From assembly GCA_963796055.1 (NCBI GenBank), contig CAWCKH010000004.1, forward strand, positions 544,001 through 608,000: a stretch of 64,000 bases of DNA. The letters are read 5' to 3'. The notes beneath the pieces are model-generated. The model did not search any database and had not been told where the DNA came from. It was given only the letters and a program-made list of their open reading frames with translations. The stretch is from an uncultured delta proteobacterium. Its GTDB lineage: Bacteria > Myxococcota > Myxococcia > Myxococcales > Myxococcaceae. The position numbers and the translations under genes were made by a program. This document shows positions 25,416 through 34,883 of this stretch, in pieces; the first letter of the stretch is position 1, and every line of letters begins with the position of its first letter.

Positions 25416-26609
25416 TCACCGGACCGACGTCGAGCCGGCGACCGGGCGGGCGACCACCTCCCGGTAGAGTGCCTCGATGCGGGACACCAGCGGGCCAGGC
25501 TGGAAGCGCGCCAGGGCCGCGGCCCGGGCCGCCCGGCCCATCGCCACCCGCCGCACCGGATCGGCGAGCAGTCCGAGCACCGCTCCGGCCATGGCCACCG
25601 GGTCCCGCGCCGGCACCAGCCAGCCGGTCTCGCCGTGGCTCACCACCTCCGGCACGCCCCCCACGTCGCTGGCCACGACGGGGACGCCGGAGGCAAGCGA
25701 CTCCAGCGCCGCCAGGCCGAAGCTCTCCTGATCGCTGGGGAGCAGGAAGAGGTCGGCGTGGGCGAAGAGGTCCCCGAGCGAGCGTCGCTCCCCGGCGAAG
25801 GCCACCGCCTCGCTCACCCCGAGGGAGGCCGCGAGCGCCTCGACCGCGCCGCGCTCCGGGCCGTCGCCCACCAGGACCAGCACCGCCGGACGCGCCCGCC
25901 GCACCTCGGCCAGTGCCCGGACCGCATCCCCTACCCGCTTCACCGGCCGGAAGTTGGAGGCGTGGAGCAGCACTGCCGGTCGGCGGCCAGGACGAAAGTC
26001 CAGCGCGGGGAACAGCGCCGGCACCTCGCCTGCGCCGTTGTCGAGTGGATGGAAAGCCTCGGGGTCGACGAAGTTCGGCATGACCTCCACTGCGAGGCCA
26101 GGGGGCAGCCCGAGCGTCTCCACCGCCACCCGCCGCAGCCACGCCGAGGGGGTGAGGACCGCGTCGCTTCCGAGCACCGTCTCCCGGACCTGGGCGCGCA
26201 TCTCCGCGTCGGCCCGGACTCCGGTGACGTCGGTGCCGTGCAGGGTGGTCACCAGCGCCGGGCCACGTACCCCCAGGCTGCGTACCCGCTCCCGGGCGAG
26301 CAGAGCCGCAGGCCCGTGCGGCAAGGCGTAGTGCACGTGCAGGACGTGGAGCGACTCACGCACCGCAACCCCGGCCATGGCGCGGGCCAGAGGCAGGGGC
26401 TCGGTCACCGCTCCCGCCGGCGGGCGCGGCGTGCTCTCGACCAGGTGCACCGTCCACGGCCCGTTGCCGGCGAGCCGCACCGGCACGGCAGAGGAGAAGA
26501 CATGCACCCGGTGCCCGCGCGCCGTCAGCTGCATCGCCAGCTGTGAGGCCGCCACCCCGCTCCCGCCCACCGTGGGGAAGCAGGCGATGCCCACCCCGAG
26601 CGCGGTCAC
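25416..26609 (-). CDS. bshA: N-acetyl-alpha-D-glucosaminyl L-malate synthase
   Basis: GIACFPTVGGSGV, HVHYALPH, TTLHGTDVT, HASNFRPVKR, ESFGLAALE; GTGA-coupled to bshC. Confidence 0.9.
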   Translation of the reverse strand: MTALGVGIACFPTVGGSGVAASQLAMQLTARGHRVHVFSSAVPVRLAGNGPWTVHLVESTPRPPAGAVTEPLPLARAMAGVAVRESLHVLHVHYALPHGPAALLARERVRSLGVRGPALVTTLHGTDVTGVRADAEMRAQVRETVLGSDAVLTPSAWLRRVAVETLGLPPGLAVEVMPNFVDPEAFHPLDNGAGEVPALFPALDFRPGRRPAVLLHASNFRPVKRVGDAVRALAEVRRARPAVLVLVGDGPERGAVEALAASLGVSEAVAFAGERRSLGDLFAHADLFLLPSDQESFGLAALESLASGVPVVASDVGGVPEVVSHGETGWLVPARDPVAMAGAVLGLLADPVRRVAMGRAARAAALARFQPGPLVSRIEALYREVVARPVAGSTSVR

Positions 26610-28210
26610 GGCCGCACCGTCCGGAGCTCGGGCGAGAGGGGAGCCGCGGCCGAGACCAGGCTGGCGATGAGCGCCCGCGGGCCGACCTCCGCGGCGATGG
26701 CCCAGAACCCGTGCACCCTCTCTTGTGGCCGCCCGGCCGGGTGGAGCGCCGTCGTCACCTGGGCCAGCGCCTCCAGCGGCCCGGTGCCCACGCCGCTGGC
26801 GACGAGCGCCGCGCGCTGCAGCCGGGCGATGAACCGGTCCACCCCGCGCTCGACGTGGGCTCTCGTCTTCTCCACCGCGCGGGCCAGCGCCCGGTCGAGC
26901 GCCACTGCCTCGGGCCGGACCGTCTCGAGCTGACGCTCGATGGGCGCGAGCAGCCTCTGCCGCAGCGAGCCATCCATCCAGGCAGGCCAGGCGTGGAGCC
27001 GCGCGGCGAGCACATGGGCCGGCTGGTCCGTCTCCTCGGGTGTGAGCCCGAGCGCGTCGAGGACCGAGGCGGTCCACGGGTCCACCACCCGAAACCGCGC
27101 CCGCGGGGCGACCATCGGAAGCTCCAGCCCGGCGCGGGCGTACACCGGCGGGAGCTGCGCAAAGTAGGTGCACTCGGCCGGGCCGCCCAGGTACGCCGCG
27201 GTCGGCAGCAGCGTATCCTGCACCAGCGGGCGGAGCAGTGCCGAGGTGCTGAAGCAGAGCGGGTCGTCGGCCAGGCGCGCCTGCAGCTCGCCACGCGACA
27301 CCCGCCCGAGCGGGGTCCGGAAGCCGTTCCCGTCGCGGTCCGGCCGGAAGCGCGGGCCATCGGGACCTTCGGGGTGGAAGAAGGCGAGCGAGGCCTCCGC
27401 CCGGGTGTGCACCTGCTCGGGGAATCCGCACCGGGCCAGCGCCGCGCACCGCTCCTCGAGCAGCGCGCCGATGGCGTCCTCCTCCTCCAGCGCGAACTGC
27501 ACCACCGGCGCGGCACGGGCCGCCATTGCCGGGGTCCGTGGGTCCAGGAGCACCAGCCCCTCCTCGGCGAACAGCTCGGCCAGCACGCCCGCGAACGCTG
27601 CGCCGGGCGAGCGGCCCGGGAGGTAGTGACGCGCCAGCAGCGCCGTCACCTCGTCGCCGTGCGGGAGCGGCGCCAGCGACCGGGACAGGGAGGCGAGGTG
27701 GACCTCCACCTCGGGCGGCAAGCGCCGATGGGCGAGCGAGACCCGCGCCTCGGCCGGGGACTCGGGGGCGAGCCGGCCCGAGAGCCACCTGCCGCGGACG
27801 CACCCGTCGAAGCGGGCCACCTCGGTCCAGTCGTGGTCCTCGGTCTGCAGCCAGAAGATCGGAATGCAGAGGCGCCCCGTGCGTTCGCCGAGCCACCGGG
27901 CCCGCGCCACCGCGGTCGCCGCCTTGTGCACCGTGTACAGCGGACCGAGGAAGACACCGACTTGCTGCCCGGTGACGATGCAGGTCGTCCCGGGGCGATC
28001 GAGCGCGGCGAGGGTCGCGTGCCGCGCCGGTGACACCGGGAGCGCCGCCGCCTGTCGCTGCAGCTCCTCGACCACTCCCTGCACCGGCCTGCGCCGCGAC
28101 GCGCGGGCCGCCGCCTCCTCCCAGGCCTTCGGCTCGAGGGGCCGCGTGGGAAGCAGCGCGGTGGCATCGGCTTCCCCGGCGATGAAGTGCGCGAAGAAAT
28201 CCGAAGCCAT
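26606..28210 (-). CDS. bshC: bacillithiol biosynthesis cysteine-adding enzyme
   Basis: IVTGQQVGVFLGPLYTVHKA, PIFWLQTEDHD, LLRPLVQDTLLPTAAYLGGPAE..YFAQ, PQER. Confidence 0.92.
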   Translation of the reverse strand: MASDFFAHFIAGEADATALLPTRPLEPKAWEEAAARASRRRPVQGVVEELQRQAAALPVSPARHATLAALDRPGTTCIVTGQQVGVFLGPLYTVHKAATAVARARWLGERTGRLCIPIFWLQTEDHDWTEVARFDGCVRGRWLSGRLAPESPAEARVSLAHRRLPPEVEVHLASLSRSLAPLPHGDEVTALLARHYLPGRSPGAAFAGVLAELFAEEGLVLLDPRTPAMAARAAPVVQFALEEEDAIGALLEERCAALARCGFPEQVHTRAEASLAFFHPEGPDGPRFRPDRDGNGFRTPLGRVSRGELQARLADDPLCFSTSALLRPLVQDTLLPTAAYLGGPAECTYFAQLPPVYARAGLELPMVAPRARFRVVDPWTASVLDALGLTPEETDQPAHVLAARLHAWPAWMDGSLRQRLLAPIERQLETVRPEAVALDRALARAVEKTRAHVERGVDRFIARLQRAALVASGVGTGPLEALAQVTTALHPAGRPQERVHGFWAIAAEVGPRALIASLVSAAAPLSPELRTVRP

Positions 28211-28235
28211 GCCAGATTGCACCGTACCAGTGCCC

Positions 28236-30725
28236 ATGCACCCATCCAAACGCGCGCCCCGCGCCGTGCTTGCCCCGATGGCCTTCACCCTGCTGCTCTC
28301 GACCGCGAACGCTGCTCCCACCCTGCGCCCCTCCCAGCCCGATGGAGCGCGGCTGGAACGCTGGCTCGACCGGCTGCTGGTGGTGGGCGGTGTGCTGTAC
28401 GTCGCCGCCCACCCGGACGACGAGAACACCCGGCTCCTGGCGTACCTTTCCAACCATTCGCTGCTTAGAACCGGCTATCTGTCGGTGACGCGGGGCGACG
28501 GCGGCCAGAACCTCATCGGCCCCGAGCTGGGCCCCGGGCTGGGGCTCATCCGCACCCAGGAGCTGCTCGCCGCGCGGGCGATGGACGGCGCCGAGCAGCT
28601 GTTCACCCGCGCACGGGACTTCGGCTACTCGAAGAGCCCCGAGGAGTCGCTCGCCATCTGGGGGCACGAGGCGATGCTCGCCGACGTGGTGCTCGCCATC
28701 CGCCGGTTCCGTCCCGACGTCATCATCACCCGCTTCCCCCTGGAGGCCGGTGAGACCCACGGGCAGCACACCGCCTCCGCCCGCCTCGCGGTCGAGGCCT
28801 TCGCCCGCGCTGCCGATCCCGCGTACATGCCGGACGCGGAGCACCGGCGGCTCGGGCCGTGGAAGGCGCGCCGGGTGGTGTGGAACGAGAGCGGGTTCTT
28901 CGGGAAGTCGGATGCGGAGCTGGGGAAGCTCCCCCACCTCGACGTGGGCGGCTACGACCCGTGGCTCGGGCTGTCGTACCCCGAGCTCGCCGCCGACAGC
29001 CGGAGCAACCACCGGAGCCAGGGGTTCGGGGCGGCGCGACGCCGCGGTCCCACCCTCGAGGCATTCCACCTGCTCGCCGGCGAGCCGATGAAGGAAGGGC
29101 CGCTGGACGGCATGGCGGCGGACTGGTCGCGCGTGCCGGGGACCGCGCGGCTGATCTCCGAGCTGAAGCGGGCACGCCAGGCGTACCGGGCCGCCACTCC
29201 CGAGGCGGCGATTCCGGCGCTCCTCGCCGCCCGCGCCGAGATGCGGAAGTTGCCGGAGCATCCCTGGAAGGAGGTGAAGCTGGCCGAGCTGGATGCCGCG
29301 GTGGTCGCCTGCGCCGGGTTGTTCGCCGACGTGACCACGGACCGGCCGAGCACCTCCCCCGGCGGGACCGTCACCGCGACCAGCACCGTGCTGCTCCGCC
29401 GTCCGGCGGCGGTGTCGCTCGCCTCGGCGCGGGTGGGCACGCGGACGTTGCTCGGACCGTCGGCGCTGAAGGCCGGCGTGCCGCGGGAGGAGAAGGCCCC
29501 CTTGGAGGTACCGCCCGACACGCGCCTCTCCAACCCCGCCTGGCTGGATGCCCCGGAGGCCGGGCTCTACCCGGTGCGGAACCCGGCGTGGATCGGGCTG
29601 CCCGAGGAGCCAGCGCCGCTGGAGGCCGAGTGGATCTTCGCCTTCGGGAGCGAGTCCATCAGCGTGCGGCGGCCGGTGGCCTACAAGTGGACCGACCCGG
29701 TGCTCGGCGAGCGCTACCGCCGGCTGGAGGTGCTCCCGGCGGTGACGGTGGACGCCTCCAGCGGGCTGCTCCTCTTCCCGGACCCCTCACCGCGCGCGCT
29801 GGAGGTCACGGTGCGGAGCGTGCGCGGTGCCTCTGGCACGCTCGCCCTCGACCTTCCGCCGGGCTTCTCCGCCCAGCCGGCGAGCGCGCCGTTCACCGTG
29901 GCCGCCGGCGGAGAGTCGACGCTCCGCTTCAGCGTCACCCCGCCACGCAGCACGGCCCGGGGCACGCTCCGCGCCGTGGCCACCGTGGCCGGGCAGCGGT
30001 TCGACCGCGGGCTGCGGCGCATCGAGGCGGAGCACATTCCCATCCAGACCTGGCTTCCCCCGGCCACGGTGCAGCTCACCCGCGCCGACGTGGCCCACGC
30101 CAGGCGCCGCATCGGCTACGTGCCGGGCCCCGGCGACGAGGTCCCCGAGGCCCTGCGCCAGGCGGGGTACGAGGTGACGCCGCTGTCGGTGACAGACCTG
30201 CGCGATGAGCCGCTGACGCGCTTCGACGCGGTGGTCTTCGGGGTCCGGGCCTTCAACGTCGAGCCGCAGCTGCAGGCCTTGCACGGCAAGCTCATGGACT
30301 ACGTCGCCTCGGGTGGGATGGTGCTGGTCCAGTACGTCACCAGCAACTTCATCTCCCAGGCCCCGCCCGATCTCGGCCCCTTCCCCTTCACCATCGGGCA
30401 CGGACGGGTGACCGACGAGACCGCGGCGGTGGAGGCGGCGGCGCACCCGGTCCTCACCACCCCCAACCGCATCGGCCCGGACGACTGGGCAGGCTGGGTC
30501 CAGGAGCGGGGGCTGTACTTCGCCGAGTCCTGGGACCCGCGCTACGCCACCCCGCTGGCGATGCACGATCCGGGCGAGAGGCCGCTGAAGGGCTCGCTGC
30601 TGGTCGCCCGCTCGGGGAAGGGCGCCTTCGTCTACACCGGGCTGTCCTTCTTCCGGCAGCTGCCCGCCGGCGTTCCGGGCGCGTTCCGGCTCTTCGCCAA
30701 TCTGGTGGACGGTGCCGGAGGCTGA
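28236..30725 (+). CDS. secreted PIG-L/LmbE-family deacetylase with Ig-like and class I GATase-like C-terminal domains
   Basis: Signal peptide-like N-terminus; AAHPDDEN, TRGDGGQN, RTQELLAAR, DFGYSK, HGQH; C-terminal GWVQERGLYF, FFRQLPAGVPGAFRLFANL. Confidence 0.88.
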   Translation: MHPSKRAPRAVLAPMAFTLLLSTANAAPTLRPSQPDGARLERWLDRLLVVGGVLYVAAHPDDENTRLLAYLSNHSLLRTGYLSVTRGDGGQNLIGPELGPGLGLIRTQELLAARAMDGAEQLFTRARDFGYSKSPEESLAIWGHEAMLADVVLAIRRFRPDVIITRFPLEAGETHGQHTASARLAVEAFARAADPAYMPDAEHRRLGPWKARRVVWNESGFFGKSDAELGKLPHLDVGGYDPWLGLSYPELAADSRSNHRSQGFGAARRRGPTLEAFHLLAGEPMKEGPLDGMAADWSRVPGTARLISELKRARQAYRAATPEAAIPALLAARAEMRKLPEHPWKEVKLAELDAAVVACAGLFADVTTDRPSTSPGGTVTATSTVLLRRPAAVSLASARVGTRTLLGPSALKAGVPREEKAPLEVPPDTRLSNPAWLDAPEAGLYPVRNPAWIGLPEEPAPLEAEWIFAFGSESISVRRPVAYKWTDPVLGERYRRLEVLPAVTVDASSGLLLFPDPSPRALEVTVRSVRGASGTLALDLPPGFSAQPASAPFTVAAGGESTLRFSVTPPRSTARGTLRAVATVAGQRFDRGLRRIEAEHIPIQTWLPPATVQLTRADVAHARRRIGYVPGPGDEVPEALRQAGYEVTPLSVTDLRDEPLTRFDAVVFGVRAFNVEPQLQALHGKLMDYVASGGMVLVQYVTSNFISQAPPDLGPFPFTIGHGRVTDETAAVEAAAHPVLTTPNRIGPDDWAGWVQERGLYFAESWDPRYATPLAMHDPGERPLKGSLLVARSGKGAFVYTGLSFFRQLPAGVPGAFRLFANLVDGAGG

Positions 30726-30847
30726 GCGGGAGGACGAGGCGCGGGAGGAGGACCCCGGCCGCTGGGGCCGGCTCTACGCGACTGCTCCTGGGGATGCTCG
30801 TCCTGGAGATTGCCGGCCTCTGGGTCCTGGAGCAGGTCTTCCGGTGA
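30712..30847 (+). CDS. small single-TM protein preceding the Na+/solute symporter (one-base insertion at 30781)
   Basis: MPEAEREDEAREEDPGRWGRLYA + (removing A30781) LLLGMLVLEIAGLWVLEQVFR-stop, whose TGA overlaps the symporter GTG. Confidence 0.7.
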
Positions 30848-32505
30848 GCGCGATCGACTGGGCGGTGCTGGTACTCACCCTGGTGGGCATCGTGGCCTTC
30901 GGCGCCTGGCGGAGCCGAGGTGTGCACACCACCGAGTCCTTTCTCCGCGCGGGGAAGGACATCCGCTGGTGGACCATCGGCCTGTCGGTCATCGCCACCC
31001 AGGCCAGCGCCATCACCTTCCTCTCGCTGCCCGGGCAGGCCTACCAGGACGGGCTCGGCTTCGTGCAGTTCTACTTCGGGCTGCCGATCGCCATGGTGCT
31101 GCTCTCGGCGATCGCCCTCCCCGTCTACCACCGGCTGCGCGTCTACACCGCGTACGAGTACCTCGAGCAGCGCTTCGACCGGCGGACGCGGCAGTTCACC
31201 GCGCTGCTCTTCCTGGTCTCGCGCGGTCTGGCCTCGGGGCTGGCCATCTACGCGCCGGCGCTGGTGCTGTCGGCGGTGCTGGGATGGCCGGTGATCTGGA
31301 CCAACTTCGTCCTCGGGGGGGTGACCATCGTGTACACCGTGGCCGGTGGGAGCCGCGCGGTGAGCCGGACCCAGACCGCGCAGATGGCGGTCATCCTGGT
31401 CGGACTGATCGTCGCGCTGGGGGTGGCCATCGGCCAGCTCCCCCCTGGCGTGTCCTTCGGCAAGGGCGTGGCGCTGGCCGGGGCCCTGGGAAAGCTCCAC
31501 GGGGTGGACACCTCGCTCCGGCTCGACACCCGGTACACGCTCTGGTCCGGGCTGCTCGGGGGACTCTTCGTGCAGCTGGCCTACTTCGGCACCGACCAGT
31601 CGCAGGTACAGCGGTACCTCGCCGGGGGCCCCCTGGCCGAGAGCCGGCGCGGCCTGCTGATGAACGGGCTGCTCAAGGTGCCGATGCAGCTCTTCATCCT
31701 CTTCATCGGGGTGATGGTCTTCGTCGTCTACCAGCTGAGCCCACCGCCGCTGTTCTTCAACCGGGCGGAGCTGGAGCGGGTACGGGCCAGCCATCCCGCG
31801 GAGGTGGCCACGTTCGAGGCCACCCACGCGCGTCTCTTCGCCGAGAAGCGCCGGGCCATCGATGCCTGGCTCGCCAGCCCCGGCGACGCCTCCGAGCTCC
31901 GCGCCGCCGAGGCCCGGGTAGAGGCGCTGCGAAGGGAGACCGGTGCGCTGGTGGCGCGGGCCCGGCCTGGCGCCGATCCGAAGGACGCCGACTTCATCTT
32001 CGTCCGCTTCGTGCTCGACCACTTCCCCCGCGGGCTCATCGGGCTGCTGGTCGCGGTCATCCTCTCGGCGGCGATGTCCGCCAACTCTGCGGCGCTGTCC
32101 TCGCTGGGGGCCACCACCGTGGTCGACTTCTACCGGCCCAGGCACCCGGACGCGTCCGACGCACGCACCCTGGCGGTGGCGCGCTGGTCGACCGCGGCGT
32201 GGGGCGCGGTGGCGGTGGGGTTCGCCACCTTCGCCTCGCTGCTGGACAACCTCATCCAGGCGGTGAACGTGCTCGGCTCCCTGTTCTACGGACCGATGCT
32301 CGGGGTGTTCCTGGTGGGCTTCTTCCTCGTCCGGGTCGGCGGCCGCGCTGCCTTCTGGGCAACGGTCGCGGGCGAGATCGCCGTGCTCGCTGCAGCGACG
32401 TTCGGAACCGTGGGGTTCCTCTGGTACAACGTGCTCGGATGCGCCGTGGTGGTCGGGCTCGCCCCGGTGCTGCAGCGCGTCTGGCCCCACCCCTCACCGG
32501 TCTGA
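30844..32505 (+). CDS. sodium:solute symporter (SSS family)
   Basis: IDWAVL, GLSVIATQASAITFLSLPGQAY, TAYEYLEQRF, YFGTDQSQVQRYL, SAAMS. Confidence 0.93.
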   Translation: MSAIDWAVLVLTLVGIVAFGAWRSRGVHTTESFLRAGKDIRWWTIGLSVIATQASAITFLSLPGQAYQDGLGFVQFYFGLPIAMVLLSAIALPVYHRLRVYTAYEYLEQRFDRRTRQFTALLFLVSRGLASGLAIYAPALVLSAVLGWPVIWTNFVLGGVTIVYTVAGGSRAVSRTQTAQMAVILVGLIVALGVAIGQLPPGVSFGKGVALAGALGKLHGVDTSLRLDTRYTLWSGLLGGLFVQLAYFGTDQSQVQRYLAGGPLAESRRGLLMNGLLKVPMQLFILFIGVMVFVVYQLSPPPLFFNRAELERVRASHPAEVATFEATHARLFAEKRRAIDAWLASPGDASELRAAEARVEALRRETGALVARARPGADPKDADFIFVRFVLDHFPRGLIGLLVAVILSAAMSANSAALSSLGATTVVDFYRPRHPDASDARTLAVARWSTAAWGAVAVGFATFASLLDNLIQAVNVLGSLFYGPMLGVFLVGFFLVRVGGRAAFWATVAGEIAVLAAATFGTVGFLWYNVLGCAVVVGLAPVLQRVWPHPSPV

Positions 32506-32520
32506 CACTGGAGAGCTTCC

Positions 32521-33097
32521 ATGCCCCTCTCGCGCAATGTCGTGCTCGCAGCCTGTCTCGCCCTTTCGCTCCCGGTCTTCGCCCAGGGTGCGGCCCCCTC
32601 CGCGACGGCGCCCGGACCGGCCCCCACGTTCCAGGCCGACGCTGGCGGGGGTGCTCGGCAACGTCCAAGAGGAGATGGTCTCGCTCGAGCAGGCCATTCC
32701 GCAATCCAAGTTCACCTGGCGCCCGGCGAAGGGCGTCCGGTCCGTCGCCGAGGTCTACCTGCACGCCGCGGGCGCCGGGTACTTCTTCGGCAAGATGCTC
32801 GGGTTCGACGTTCCGGCGGACATCGCCGCACAGATGAAGGGTCTGGAGAAGAGCACCACCGACAAGGCCAAGATCCACAAGACGCTCACCGACTCGCTCA
32901 CCTGGTTCATCGGCCAGGTGAAGCAGATGCCCGACGCCGAGCTGACCAAGACGATCGACTTCTTCGGGAAGACCCTCACCAAGCGCGCGGTGGTGATGGA
33001 GGCGCTCGGCCACTACGAGGAGCACCTCGGGCAGTCGATCGCCTACGCCCGGATGAACGGCGTCGTCCCGCCCTGGAGCAAGGGGGGCAAGTCCTAG
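32521..33097 (+). CDS. secreted DinB-superfamily protein (one-base insertion at ~32641)
   Basis: Signal peptide MPLSRNVVLAACLALSLPVFA; after shift LAGVLGN...WRPAKGVRSVAEVYLH...GHYEEHLGQSIAYARMNGVVPPWS. Confidence 0.82.
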
Positions 33098-33148
33098 CCC
33101 CACCCCACTCACGACCCTCCGCGTTGCCGTCTTCCCGGGAAGAGCTTC

Positions 33149-33535
33149 TCAGCCGGGGCGCAGCACCAGCGCGCCGGTGGTCCGCCGTGACTCGAGCGTC
33201 CGGTGGGCCTCCGCCGCGTCGACGAGGGGAAAGGTCTGCTCCACCCGCGGCGTGAGCCAGCCCTCGGCGAGCCCGGCGAACAGCGCCTCCGCCGCCGGCT
33301 CCAGCTCGTCCCTCCGGGCGATGAACTCGCGGATCGACGGCGCGGTGACCGTGACCGCGCGGGCGTGGAGCTCGGAGGGATCGAGCAGCGGATAGCGCCC
33401 ACTGGCGTGTCCGTGGGCCACCAGGAGCCCACGCCGCGCCACGCAGAGCAGCGACTCGCGCAGGGTCGAGCCGGAGGCGTCGAGCACCACCCGGACCCCC
33501 TCCGGGCGACGGCGGCGGAGCTCGTCGGCGAACCG
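33149..33535 (-). pseudogene. quinone oxidoreductase C-terminal fragment
   Basis: FADELRRRRPEGVRVVLDASG...LVAHGHASG...FPLVDAAEAHRTLESRRTTGALVL; N-terminal ~200 aa absent. Confidence 0.75.
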
Positions 33536-33634
33536 CCCGAGCTCCGGCGTTCGCCGCGCATCGGCGCCGTCGCGGACTTCCTGACCGAGCGGCTTCCCCA
33601 GGCGCTCCACTCCGGCACACGCGCGCGCGGCTGA
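33533..33634 (+). pseudogene. LysR-type regulator extreme C-terminal fragment
   Basis: PPELRRSPRIGAVADFLTERLP...stop resembles the LysR substrate-domain terminal helix; no start or HTH domain. Confidence 0.55.
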
Positions 33635-33766
33635 CCCGCGATTCCCGAATGCACGCGGGAGCGCCCGGCGGGCGGACTGCTCTCCGGCCTGACCAGCACA
33701 GGGATTCGCCGCGACTGTTGATACCTACACCGACGCACCGGGTCATGACGGCTAAAGGCCGCGCCC

Positions 33767-34822
33767 GTGACGCGACGGCACCTTCCACTCCTGACCCTTC
33801 TCAACCTGCTTCTCACCCTCACCGCCTGCGACGGCCTGCCCGATCCCTCGAACACCCCCGTGGTTCGCAAGGGGCGCCTCGCGCCCGGAACTGGCGGCGA
33901 TCCGACGACGCCCTCCGCTCCCGGTCCCGACGCCGGAACGGTGGATGCCGGAACGGTCGACGCGGGCACCGCCGTGCCCACCTCCGACGTGGCCCCGAGC
34001 GGCATCTTCCCGCCGGACAGCGCGTGGAACACCCGCATCGACGACGCCCCCATGGACCCACGCTCCGACGCCTACATCGCCTCGATGGGCGCCGACGATC
34101 CGCTGGTCGCGAGCTGGGACGCCGAAGGGAACGGTCTCCCGTACATCGAGGTGGGCAAGGACCAGGCGAAGGTGCCGGTGCACTTCTGGGGGTACCCCAA
34201 GGAGAGTGACCCCGGTCCGTACCCCATTCCGTGGCAAGCGCCGATCGACCTCAGCGCCGACCACCACGTCCTCGTGGTCGATCGCGCGAACGGCTGGCTC
34301 TACGAGCTGTTCCGCGCATCGCGAAACGCCGACGGCTCCTGGCAGGCATCCAACGGGGCGAGGTGGAACCTGCGCACCAACGACCGGCGACCCTACCGCT
34401 GGACCTCCGCCGATGCCGCGGGGATGCCAATCTTCCCGGGGGTCGTCCGCTGGGACGAGGTGGAGGCAGGCTGGATCGGCCACGCGCTCCGATTCGCGGT
34501 CAACAAGAGTCAGCGCGGCTTCGTCTGGCCGGCCAGCCACGCCGCAGGGAGCTGCGCGCTCGGCTCGGACTGCCCACCGATGGGGCTGCGGGTGCGGCTC
34601 AAGAAGTCGGTGGACATCTCGCGCTTCAGCCCGAGGATGCAGGTGGTGCTCAGGGCGCTGCAGCAGTACGGGATGTTCGTCGCCGACAACACCGCTGCGA
34701 CCAGCTGGTGGGTGGCAGGGGCGCCCGACCGGCGCTGGTCCGACGAGGAGAACCTGACCCTCGGCGCGCTCCACGGGCGCGACTTCGAGGTCGTCGCGCA
34801 CGGCGAGATCCAGCCGCAGTAG
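33767..34822 (+). CDS. conserved hypothetical lipoprotein
   Basis: Lipobox LTLTA-C; P/T-rich DAGT linker; conserved-looking WNTRID..P.DPRS, ESDPGPYPIP, WTSADAAG.PIFPG, HALRF, PPMGLRVRL, YGMFVADN. Confidence 0.75.
   Translation: MTRRHLPLLTLLNLLLTLTACDGLPDPSNTPVVRKGRLAPGTGGDPTTPSAPGPDAGTVDAGTVDAGTAVPTSDVAPSGIFPPDSAWNTRIDDAPMDPRSDAYIASMGADDPLVASWDAEGNGLPYIEVGKDQAKVPVHFWGYPKESDPGPYPIPWQAPIDLSADHHVLVVDRANGWLYELFRASRNADGSWQASNGARWNLRTNDRRPYRWTSADAAGMPIFPGVVRWDEVEAGWIGHALRFAVNKSQRGFVWPASHAAGSCALGSDCPPMGLRVRLKKSVDISRFSPRMQVVLRALQQYGMFVADNTAATSWWVAGAPDRRWSDEENLTLGALHGRDFEVVAHGEIQPQ
33929..33970 (+). repeat. 15-bp tandem coding repeat (DAGTV x~3)
   Basis: GACGCCGGAACGGTG / GATGCCGGAACGGTC / GACGCGGGCACC. 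Confidence 0.8.
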
Positions 34823-34883
34823 CAAGGTGGGGAGGGAGCTGAGGTAGCTTCCCGGGCCCTCTCCGTCGCACCGCCGAGGCCCG

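Noticed and set aside
25416..29261. 1281-aa ORF suggesting a giant glycosyltransferase fusion
   Set aside because: Only the last 397 aa (bshA) are real; the upstream part is an off-frame or antisense shadow of bshC and the LmbE gene, typical of high-GC DNA
33098..33115. CCACCCCACTCAC motif also seen near 60908, both just after stop codons
   Set aside because: Only two short, imperfect copies with no palindrome; compatible with chance
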